This document shows, one piece after another, positions 11,607 through 22,745 of a DNA stretch of 64,000 nucleotides. Source of the stretch: the human T2T-CHM13v2.0 reference genome, Homo sapiens. The notes beneath the pieces are model-generated. The model was not told where the DNA came from. It made no database searches and was given only the letters and a program-made list of their open reading frames with translations. Where the stretch lies: NCBI RefSeq assembly GCF_009914755.1, contig NC_060928.1. The stretch is one strand, 5' to 3'. Positions within the stretch are counted from its first letter, which is position 1, and every line of letters begins with the position of its first letter. The position numbers and the translations under genes were made by a program.

Positions 11607-12091
11607 CATTTCAACATAATGAAAAAAAAAAGGGAGAAAAAATCAAATTGGTTCATTGAATACTCTCATAACAACCATGACAATTATCATATTAAGACTT
11701 ATGAGGTACACTTACCTGCAGGCATATCCAGAAATATTTTGGAAATTCAATACAATATAAAATTTTTACATGCATGTTTCTATCCTTTCAGGACCAGGGC
11801 TTATATCAGAGAGAGAAAGATAATGGTAAATGTTCCATTTATTCTAGGAGGGCCAATTATGAATTGGCAGAGACAATTAGAACCCAATCATTAGACAATA
11901 TTGTTGTCACCGAGGTAGAAATTAATGAACAATGTATACAATACAGCACATATTACATTACCTGAATTTACACTAATCATGACTATATCAGCAGCATTAA
12001 ACCAATGCAGATTACACATTATAGTATTTCCATAAGATGAATAAAAATGATATAAAATAGAAAGGAAAACTATTCCTATAATAAATGCTTC

Positions 12092-12404
12092 TTTTTTGAA
12101 AAAAATATTTTAGATTTGAGGGTACATGTGCAGTTTTGTTACATGGGTATATTGCATAATGCTGGGGTTTGGGCTTCTATTGAACCCATCACATGAATAA
12201 TGAACACAGAACTCAATAGGTAGTACCCAAAAGATACAACCCAATAGATAGTACCTGGCAGGTAGCACCTAATACGTAGTACCCTTGTCCCCTCCTCTCC
12301 TTCCTCACATTTGTAGTTCCCAGTGTTTATTGTTTCCTCCTTTATGTCCGTATGTACTGTTTAGCTCCCACTTATAAGTGAGAACATGTGGTATTTGATT
12401 TTCT
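12092..12404 (-). mobile_element. L1PA16/L1PB-like 3' UTR fragment
   Basis: GGGTACATGTGCAGTTTTGTTACATGGGTATATTGCAT...TTTAGCTCCCACTTATAAGTGAGAACATG. Confidence 0.85.
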
Positions 12405-12803
12405 AGAGAAATCCTTTTTCAATCTCAGATAAAAACACAGAAAACTTGCAGCATTTTTAACAAAAATTTAATGTAAAAGAATATAGATATCATTTATTTT
12501 TCTGTTTTGATTTGATGTATACATACACACTTACATATATATACATGTGTGCATATATAAAGACAGAGAGAGAAATATTGAATATACTGATATATAAATA
12601 TATATGAGTATATAGAGAGACCTTCACACACACGGAGAGAGAGAAAAAGAGAGAGTAAGAGAGAAAGTGATTCAATATTTAATTATTATCTGCAACCACT
12701 TATGCCCACTGATATATCTATGTTTGGTAGTTCCTGTTCATTCAAGATGTTTGGTGTGGATGAAATGAGGTGCTCCATAGGACATCACTTTGTCAGATGT
12801 AGA

Positions 12804-12864
12804 TAAAACAGAGTTTTACACCTATACTATTTTGTAAAACGAGTTTTACACCTATACTATTTTG
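12804..12864. repeat. 30/31-bp tandem duplication
   Basis: TAAAAC(A)GAGTTTTACACCTATACTATTTTG twice, differing by one indel. Confidence 0.9.
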
Positions 12865-13779
12865 AAATATGTCCTTAAAGCAAATAAGCCGTAGGGGAAA
12901 GTGAGTGCAATATTTAGGCACCAACCATCAGGCTTACTACACTTACCTTTCAGGGACTACTTTAAACTCTCTCTGAAATTTTGGGTTTTTTTCTTTGTAA
13001 AAACGTTATTTTGCAGAAAAAAAAAACATAAAATTTCAGCGTTACTTATTCATCAAATTCAGAATATTTATACATGGTGTTTTGTTTTTTTCATCATTAT
13101 GTGCACTAACATCTTGGACAGTACTGAGCACATAGTAGAAATTAAATGCTGTTTGATGAATGAATAAAAAATACATTTGGTTATGTACTTTTGCTGATTT
13201 CCAAATATCTTATTATCAAAACAATTTTTTGGATTATTGAAAATGAGGATACTTATTAACATAGTCTGATATATAAGAAAAAAAATACTGAAAATGTTTT
13301 ATTATTGTTTAAATTCACACACACAATAATATATTATATATGTATGTGAAGAACCTTGGAGTGAAAAATTACCTAAAGATAATTGAACCCTGTCGTTAGT
13401 ATGAGGCCTGTCTTTCCTAAGACAGTCAGCTGCAGCTGTGTTTTACTGCAGTGAGGTTAAAAATAGGTGCTATTATTGGATGAAATAATGTTTAAGGAGA
13501 ATTCACTGCAGAAGCCTTTGCAAGGCATATAATAACTGTTTTCTTTCAATGGCATTTTTGTTTTTACTGTGATTACTATTGGATTAATACCTCCTCTCCC
13601 AAATACATTATGCTGATTACATATTAAGATTGAATTTATTAAACAATATCTTGACAATACGAGTATTAATAAGCATAATGCATAGACCGAGTCTGATCAA
13701 TTTGTTTAAATAAGTAGGAGACATTCTATTCTAAACAGGAGGTTTAATTTGCTGATTTACGTAATGAGTTGTTTTTTTT

Positions 13780-14665
13780 CATGGATTTCACAATTCTGCA
13801 TGTCTTGCATCAGCTTTTGTCCTTAAATATCTTTTTAAGGATGCTTATGTAACATCAGTCATGGAAGATTGAGCTAGTAAAATTGACTCTTGAAGAATGC
13901 AGGGGCTAGGGGCACTGACTCCTCATGCAATTGACTATCCAGGTATAACTTTTGACTGTCTCAAAATATAAATATCACTATTGACCAGGAGTCTTTCCTT
14001 TAATATAAATAATTAATACATATTTTATGTTATATTCACTATATTATTATCATAAAGCAAGCTAGAAAAGAGAAAATGTTTTTAAGAAAATAATAACAAA
14101 AAGAAAACATATTTACCTTTCATTAAATAGAAGTTGATCATTGTAAAGATCTTCATCCTTTTCTTCACATTGAATGGGCTGAAGAGGAGGAAAAAGTGGA
14201 GGGGTTGTTCTTGCTGTCACAGGGTTGGCAGAGGCAGAAGAGGTGGAGGAGGTGGAAGAGGAGGCAGGAGAGGCAGACAGACACGGTGTAATTTTCCTGA
14301 AAAAATCCACTTGTAACTGGGCCATAGTTCAAAATGTGTGTTCTTCAAGGGTCAACTGTGTTTCCTATGAAGGAAGAAAACAGGGGCCACATTAGATTGT
14401 GCTCCACAATAGAAAAGGTAATGTCTCTCTTCAGGTCAAAGGTTTGTTATGTTGCTGGTAGCCCCTTTAAAAGATCTGGGCTTCCTAAGCTCAGGGATCC
14501 TCAACTGAGAAGCAAATCTACCAGGTGTTCACCCTCCATCTGGACCGCTTCAGACTAATCAGACTTGGGGAAACAGAGGGTACTGACATCAACATGAAAT
14601 TCATCCAACCTACTGTGTACAGAAGTCTCATCTCTTCTGTAAGCATCCACGAAACTGTATCAGGT
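13780..14665 (+). mobile_element. probable old ERVL LTR (MER54/LTR53-like) split by Tigger2
   Basis: TAAAAGATCTGGGCTTCCTAAGCTCAGGGATCCTC resembles this LTR group; boundaries and family uncertain. Confidence 0.35.
13880..14358 (-). mobile_element. Tigger2a/MER28-type MITE
   Basis: TIRs (A)AATTGACTCTTGAAGAA...TTCTTCAAGGGTCAACTG; GAG-rich internal segment typical of Tigger2. Confidence 0.85.
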
Positions 14666-16169
14666 TACTTGTTAGCTTTTCAGAAGGATAGATACATTTT
14701 GATAGCTTTCAGAGTTCTTGAAAATATAATGCCCATATTGAATATTTTTTAAAGTTACTTGTGACATTATAACTGCATTTAATCTAATTTACCATAATAT
14801 TTGTGTAATTATTTGTGATTCGTTTATTCACAGAGTTTGAAAAAATAAATAAAATTTTTGCAAACTGATAGTCAACATTTAAGAGCATCCATAAAATATG
14901 CAACTTTGTGAAATTGGAATCTGATTACATTTAATTCACATTAACAATGATATTTATAATGTTATTACAAAGTAAATTCTATTGCATTATCTCATATTTT
15001 CTTCTGACAACCATGTATTGCATGACTGAAAGTGGTGATATATTTTGGGGGAAGTTTGGTGAAAGTAAATGTTAAACCTAAGGGTAGATTATCAGCTTTC
15101 TGATTCCTAAAATGTTACATATTCCACTGATACCTTTTAGTATATGTAATAAAAATATTTTCTTCTCAGCCTGGAGTTATTAAATTTAAGCCTACAGAAT
15201 TTTCAAAAAACTGAAAGTAAAAGTTATCTGTGAGAAATATAGTTTCTCTTCAACACTGGCATGTTGAAAGAATCTTTGAGGGAATTTCTGTATGACTCAT
15301 CTACAAAAAACCACCTATATCTCAAAGAAAAGTACAGTAATAATATAATAAAAGTGATGGTCGTACTTAAAATATGAAGCTTTATATCATCCTTTTCTGT
15401 AGTTAATATTGTGTTGTAATTCACCTAACACTAAATATTTTTTAAAAATTATAGTAGCCACAAAATATATGAAAAAATCACTTTACAATGAAAAATTAAA
15501 CACTATAACTCATACTTAAATTGCTAAAATTTGTTTATAAAAAGTTATTTTTATTTTAGACAATTTAATGATTTAATCATTTACTTCTCCAATAAAACAT
15601 AGAAAAATATCTGTTTTATTATTTTGTACACCCCAAAATAGATCAATTTAATAATTGTATGTTATTTGTATTTTATTTAGACAAAGATTGTGAAGCTATA
15701 TCCTAATTTCAACATTTTATTTATATATTTTATTAAATCTTTGAAATCATGGTGATCAAAATCACATTACCAACTGGTATGAGACCACCATATTTTATTA
15801 TTACATTTATTGGCACTTTTAGTTGGGATAGGATGCCATCATACAATTTGAATGAAAATTCCACATCAAAGATTTACAATTTAAGAAACATTATTTCTTA
15901 AATTTTTTTTAAAAAATCACCTACAATAAAACTTTTAGCAGTTATAAAAAAATCATGATCATAAGTTGAAATGCTAACACAAAAACTACTTGGGTATTTT
16001 TGGTGTACTTAATGAAGGACAAATAGAAAGTAAACCTTATGGTGAGAGAAATAACCCAAAATATACCAGCAAGAACATAAATACAAATTAATAAAATTAT
16101 CCTGTTAAAAGACAAAAGTTTTCAAATTGAATGAAATATCTAGCTATATGTTTTTTTTAATTAAGAAAA

Positions 16170-17639
16170 TGTTACAGGATTTTGGAGTGTTGCTTGGCCA
16201 GCTGGAAGCCTCCGTGACACACGGCACCTTCTGCCTGAGTATTGCTCATGCTTGCTGGGCTCATCCCACCCACTCAGCTGAGCAAGCTGCCTTCGGTTTG
16301 CGCTATTGGCCCAGATCCCACACCTGCTAAGGTCAAGCCAGGCATGGAACGGTGAGGGGTGCATGGGCAGTAAGCATGGGTTCTGGCCACTGTGCACAGA
16401 CAGGCATGCCTACTGCACGTGGCTGTGGGCACCCCCTTCTGGGTGAGGGGAAGGTGGTGGCACCCAGAATCTTGGAGATGCCAGGAACCACAGAGTCCCA
16501 AAGAGGTTGTCACAGCCCCTGCTTAGGGAGTCTGCAAATCTAAGCTCCCAGAAGGGCTGCAGCTAATCTCTCCTTCTCGTCACCCACAACATGGCCAGTG
16601 GTGTGGGGGGAGTGTTTCAGCTCTGTTTGTGTTATACCTCTTTCAGTCCTGCCATTTGGTAGGTCCAAGTTCTTGTCTCATGTCCAGGAAGAATGAGGTA
16701 CAGGACAACTTGTGTGTGAGCAAGGTGGAGAGAAGCTTCATTAAGTGACAGGACAGCTTTCAGGAGACCCAAAATGAGTAGCTCCTTTCTGCAGGCAGGT
16801 CATCCTGAAGAGTCCAAGAGACCGGAGGCAGGTAGCCCCTTCACACAGCTGGTAGCTCCAACATCTGTTCAAGTCTGGTTGAGTCTTGGACTTTTATTGG
16901 CTACAAAAGGAGGAACTTTGTTCTGATTGGTCCATGGGCAGCCAGGATTGGGCTTGGAAAAAGAACCATAAGTTTTCACTCCAGGCTTGCAGACTCCACC
17001 CAAAACTGGCAGCGGACTCCACCCAAAACTGGCAGCCCCAGGCTTCAGGCTGTCCCTGGCTTGAAGGTGGAGTTTCAGTGGGGACCTACCTCTTTACACC
17101 CAGGAGTCTCTCTTCCACCTGCTGCCATCAACATGTCATTCGTGACACCCAGGCTGTTCCTGCCAAAGGGTGCCTGCAGGCTCATCCCAAACTGCCCTCA
17201 GTGCCCCCTTGACCTCCCTCTCATGATCATTGGTGCCCAAAGTCTGTAGGGGGCCAAAGCAGCAGGGGGATGACGTGTCAGCATCACCCTGCTGACACTT
17301 ACACCCGGCTGGGTTGCAACAGCACCCAGGTTTGGCCACAACTTTGTTATGCCTTGGAGTGGGCACCAGGAGTAGGAACAGGCCAAGGAGTGGAAGTAGG
17401 CATTTTCAAGCCTGTGAAGGCAAGGCACTTCCCAGGCCCCAAAGAACGCAGACATGCCAGGGGCCAGAGCCATGGCTGGGCAGCTGCAGCTGCATCTAGG
17501 AGCACGGGCTCCTGCCACGCTAACTTGGTAGTGGGAAGGTCTTCTGCCGGGTCCATGGAGCACACAGCCTGGCCATGTCTCCCCTGCTGCAGCTGGTTTC
17601 CCCACAGCGTCTGCACCAGATAAGCTTCCACCACCATCA
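16170..17639 (-). mobile_element. MER52 (A/C-like) ERV1 solo LTR
   Basis: ~1.47 kb GC-rich block, TGTTACAGGAT...CCACCACCATCA, MER52-type motifs; ~4-bp TSD GAAA. Confidence 0.85.
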
Positions 17640-18436
17640 GAAACACCTAAATCCTAGATAACAAAAAGCTTTAAAATAGCTGTAATAATTACTTGGGGAT
17701 GTTTGGTACAGTTAAAGAAGGGCAAATAGAAAGTAACCATTATGGTGGAGAAATAACCCTAAATATACCAGTAAGAATGTAAATACAAATGGATAAAATG
17801 ATCCTGCTAAAAGAAACACATTTTCAAATTGAATGAAATATTTAATGATTTTTTTAAATGAAAGAAACACCTAAAGTAGGATCAAAATATATAAAAACAG
17901 ATACAGGTCTACTAACATCAGGAACCATATATTTATTAAAAATATGATTAGAACAAAAGATCAGCCCTTATGTAATAACACAACAGCAACATTTTCCCCA
18001 AAATACATTTTTAGTTCTTAGCTAAATATTGGGAACTAATTACTAATGTCATTTCAAACAGAAATTGGCAAAATCCTCAGTGATACTCTGGGATTTTCAC
18101 CCACCATCAACTTTTCTTGGTGATTTATATTGTGAAATTTTGCTGGGGGGTGATAGTGGCTAGACAATTCAATGTATGTGTTTACTGAATTGTGAATCTT
18201 TGTTACAAGATTCTCATTCAGACTGCATTGAGCAAGTTCTTCTCATCTAAAGAAAACTGCTAAGAAATCTAGTTGTTGAGGAAAAATAGTACAAATAAAA
18301 GACAAATAGAACACATATAAAAAGCTTGGTGTAATGCATGCATATTGAATCTTACATCCAACCATTGTAAATATTCATTCTCTTTAAGATACAGAGGAGT
18401 ACAGTATTTACAAAACTAGACAGCTTATCTGGTCAT

Positions 18437-18751
18437 TGCCAGGCATGGTGGCTCATGCCTGCAATCTCAGCACATTGGGAGGCTGAGCCAGGTGGATTGC
18501 TTTACCCCCAGGAATTCAAGACCAGCCTGGGCACCATAGAAAAACCCATCTCTACAAAGAGTAAAAAATTTAGCTGGTCATGGTAGTCTGTGCCTGTAGT
18601 CCCAGCTACTTGGGAGGCTGAGGGAAGAGGATCACTTAAGCTCAGGAGGTTGAAGCTGCAGTGAGCAGTGATTATGCCACAACACTACAGCCTGGGCAGC
18701 AGAGAGAGACCATGTCTCAAAAAAAAATGATGATGATAATAATAATAATAA
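18437..18751 (+). mobile_element. AluJ with (AAT)n-decayed tail
   Basis: GGATCACTTAAGCTCAGGAGGTTGAAGCTGCAGTGAGC J-type right arm; TSD TATCTGGTCAT (18426-18436 / 18752-18762). Confidence 0.92.
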
Positions 18752-19208
18752 TATCTGGTCATAATACAAATATCAATGCTTGTGCAGAAATATGGGGCAT
18801 AAAGAATAATTAATTTTGACTACATTTACCTTCTCTTGCATGCTACAATCAAATTAGACATATATAGAAACCATAACCATATATTTGGAAATTAAAAGAA
18901 TATAACATGGAGATAGTCCATGCATCAATAAATAGTCTTATTTGAAATTAGAAAATACATATACTCTATAGTCATCATAATACGATATTTCAAAATATAT
19001 AAAATGCATTTAAAACCAAGGGGAAAATAAATCTTCACATGCTGATATTTGAAAAGAAAGTCTGAAAATGAGTAATGTAATTATCCAACTTGAAAGTTAT
19101 TAAAATAAAATAAATTTAATTCAAGTAACTGTAAGGAAAGAGCAATACTAACCTCAGAATAAAATGAAACTTTAACCAATTTTAGAGGGTGATAGGATCA
19201 AAATTACT

Positions 19209-19520
19209 TGCTATATTCTGAATGTTTGTGTTGTCTAAAATTTATAAATAGAGATCCTAACCCCCAAGGTGATGGTATTAAGAAGTGGGAGTCGTTGAGA
19301 GGTGAATGCTACTAATGTCCAATAAAAAAGACCCTAGGGAGCTTGTTTGCCCCTTCTACCATGTGAGGACAGAGCTGGAAGGCACTATCTGTGAAGAAGT
19401 GGGCACTCACCAGATAACAATGAAATATTGATTTTGGACCTTCCAGCCTGTAAAAATAAATGCTTGTGTTTGTAAGCTACCTGGACTATGGTATTTTGTT
19501 ACAGGAACCTGAACTAAGCA
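19209..19520 (+). mobile_element. MLT1A0-like solo LTR
   Basis: TGCTATATTCTGAATGTTTGTG start; CCATGTGAGGACA and TATGGTATTTTGTTACAG motifs. Confidence 0.8.
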
Positions 19521-19991
19521 TTTTATCAGAAAAGTGCATATATATATAACCTGGCAATATAGGCTTTAAACAAGAGTGATCAAGAAGAGAGGAGAGATGG
19601 TGAGAAGGACAGAGAAAGGGATCACAAACAATATTCAACATAAAAAGGAGGCATAATTACATATGCAGAAATAATATAAAAATAAATGAATATTGTAACT
19701 TTATGCCAATTAATTCAAACCTTCCCAAAACTAAAACAAGCATAGTAAACCTGTATAATAAAAATTAACATAATCATTAAAGAAATGGAATTTACCCACA
19801 AGATACAAAACTAAATAAAACATGAGTTGCAGCTATTTTTACCAGTAATAGCTACTAACTACCAACAAATTAATTTTTTTACCAGTAGTTTCTACCAACA
19901 ATCTAAGATTGGATTACATGTAAAGTTTTACAGCTACTAGAGAGGTATTGGTAAGTAACTCATTTTAGCAAGCCATCATAACCTTGTTACC

Positions 19992-22745
19992 TGTGATAAG
20001 CAGAATTCTAAAATGATATTCCAAGATTTTTATCCCTGATTGTATTAGTCTATTTTCACACTGCTGATAAAGACATACCCAAGACTGGGCAATTTACAAA
20101 AGAAAGAGGTTTAATGATCATACAGTTCCACATGGCTGGGAAGGCCTCACAATCATGGTGTAAGGGAAATAGGAGCAAGTCACATCTTACATGGGTAATA
20201 GCAAGCAAAAAGGCAGCTTGTGCATGGAAACTCTCATTTTTAAAACTGTCATATCTGGTGAGACTCATTCACTATTATGAGAGCAGCACAGGAAAGGCCC
20301 GCCCCCATAATTCAGCAATTACCTCCCTTCAGGTTCCTCCCACAACATGTGGGAATTTTGGAGTTTCAATTGGAGATGAGATTTGGGTGGGGACACAGGC
20401 AAACCATATAATTCAGCCCCTGGTCTCCCCTAAATCTCATGTCTTCACATTTCAAAACCATTCATGCCTTCCCAGCAGTCCCCCAAAGTCTTAACTAATT
20501 TCAGCATTAACTCAAAAGTCCACAGTCCAATGTCTCATTTGAGACAAGGCAAGCCCCTTCTGCCTATGAGCCTGTAAAATTAAAAGGAACTTAGTTACTT
20601 CCTAGATACAATGTGGGTACAGGCATTAGGCAAATACAGCTGTTCCAAATGGGAGAAATAGGCCAAAACAAAGCAGCTACAGGCCCCATGCAAGTTTGAA
20701 ATCCAACTGGGTAATCAAATCTTTGAGCTCAAAAATTATATTTTTTGACTCCATGTCTTGCATCCAAGTCATGCTGATGCAAGAAGAGGGTTCCCACGGT
20801 TTTGGGAAGCTGCACCCTCATGGCTTTGCGAGTACTGCCTCCCTCCTGGCTGCTTTCATGGGCTGGTGTTGAGTGTCTGTGGCTTTTCCAGGTATACAGT
20901 GTAAGCTCTCGCTGAATCTACCATTCTGGGGTCTGAAGGACGGTGGCCTTCTTCTCACAGCTTCACTAGGCAGTGCCCGAGTAGGGACTCTGTGTGGGGC
21001 TTCCACCCCACATTTTCCTTCTGCCCTGCCCTAGCAGAGGTTCTCCATGAGGGCCTTGTCACTGCAGCAAACTTCTGCCTGGATATTCAGGCATTTCCGT
21101 ATAACTCTGAAACCTAGGCAGAGGTTTCCAAACTTCAATTCTTGACTTCTGTGCATCCGCAGGCTCAACACCACATGGAAGCTGTCAAAGCTTGGGTCTT
21201 CCACCCTCTGAAGCAACAATAGAGCTGTACCTTGGCCCCTTTGAGCCATGGCTGGAGTGGCTAAAACACAGGGCACCAAGTCCCTAGGCTGCACAGAACA
21301 GGGGGGCCCTGGACTCAGTCCAGGAAACTATAGTTTCCTCCTTGGCCTCTGGGCCTGTGATGGAAGCTTGAATTTCTCCTCAGAAAATGTGTTTTTTTTT
21401 TTTTCTATCACATTATCAGGCTGCAAATTTCCCAAACTTTAATGCTTTGCTTCCCTTATAAAATGGAATGCCTTTAGCAGCACCCAAGTCACATGTTAAA
21501 TGCTTTGCTGCTTAGAAATTTCTTCTGCCAGATACCCTAAATCATTTCTCTCAAGTTCAAATTTCCAGGCCTCTCTAGGGAGGGGGCAAAATGCCTCCAG
21601 TCTCTTTGCTGAAACACTAAGAGTCACCTTTGCTCCAGTTCCCAAGTTCCTCATCTCCATCTCAGACGACATAAGCCAGGACCTTATTGTTCATATCTCT
21701 ATCAGCATTTTTTTCCAAGCCATTCAACAAGTCTCTAGGAAGTTCCAAACTTTCCCACATTTTCCTGTCTTCTTCTGAGCCCTTCAAACTGTTCCAACCT
21801 CTGCCTGTTACCCAGTTCCAAAGTCGATTCCACTTTTCAGGTATCTTTTCAGCAGCACCCCACTCTACTGGTACCAATTTATTGTATTAGTCTGTTTTCA
21901 TGTTGTGGAATACCCAAGGCTGGGTAATTTACAAAAGAAAGAGGTTTAATGGACTTACAGTTCGACATGGTTGGGGAGGCCTCACAATCATGGCAGAAGG
22001 CAGAAAGGAACAAGTCACATCTTACGTGGATCGTGGCAGGTAAAGAGAGAGCCTGTGCAGGGAAACTCCCATTTTTGAAATCATCAGATCTCCTGAGATT
22101 CATTCACTATCACAAGAACAGCTCAGGAAAGGCCCACCCTCATAATTCAACAATCACTTTCCACCAGGTTCCTCCCCAGACATTTGGGAATTGTGGGAGT
22201 TACAATTCAAGATGAGATTTGGGTGGGGACACAGCCAAATCATATCACTGATATTCAATCTAAGTGCTGTGAAGAGATTTTTGCAAATGTAAAGTTCTAA
22301 ATCAACTGTCTTTGAGATACCAAGATAGTATCCACTGGTCTAAACTTATCACACAGAGTCCAGAGATTTGAAGCACTAGAAGAATTTCAAATACCACTGT
22401 TGGCTCAAAAATGCAGAGCACTACATGATGAAGAATGCAGACTATGTCTAGAAGTCAAGAACAACCCCCTAAGCCGACAGCCACCAAGGAAATGTGGACT
22501 TCAATTTTCCAACCACATGGAACTGAATTCAGCCAACAACCTTAATGATCTCAAAAACACTTCTGCCCTAGAGCCTTCAGATGAGAGCTCAGCCCCTAAA
22601 CCTTGATTTTCACATTGAAAGACCCTTAGCAGAGAATCCAATTAACCCTCCCAGACTTGTGATCTACCAAATGGTAGCATAATAAATGGGTGTTTAGTTG
22701 CTAAATTTCTGCACATTTGTCATGTAGCAGTAGAGAACTGATTCA
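19992..22745 (+). mobile_element. MLT1E-like LTR split by THE1
   Basis: TGTGATAAGCAGAATTCTAAAATG start; GAACTGAATTCAGCCAACAACC motif; TSD TTACC/ATACC. Confidence 0.8.
20041..22247 (-). mobile_element. two-LTR THE1 (A/B-like) element: LTR 20041-20411, internal 20412-21882, LTR 21883-22247
   Basis: Two direct LTRs beginning TGTATTAGTC on +; THE1-int motifs between them; perfect TSD CTGAT (20036-20040 / 22248-22252). Confidence 0.93.

Noticed and set aside
12214-12283. CRISPR-like array
   Set aside because: No spacers, degenerate 14-bp units, eukaryotic L1 context
14113-14325. Ser-rich and Gly/Arg-rich ORFs
   Set aside because: Translation of the GAG-rich internal segment of Tigger2; the same element recurs at 41520-41952
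16127-17646. Cluster of overlapping 60-135 aa ORFs in a GC-rich block
   Set aside because: Lies within the MER52 LTR; high GC reduces stop codons, and no protein motifs are recognisable
19835-19905. Diverged short duplication (TTTTTACCAGTA...CTACCAACAA twice)
   Set aside because: Old micro-duplication within decayed L1M with no apparent consequence
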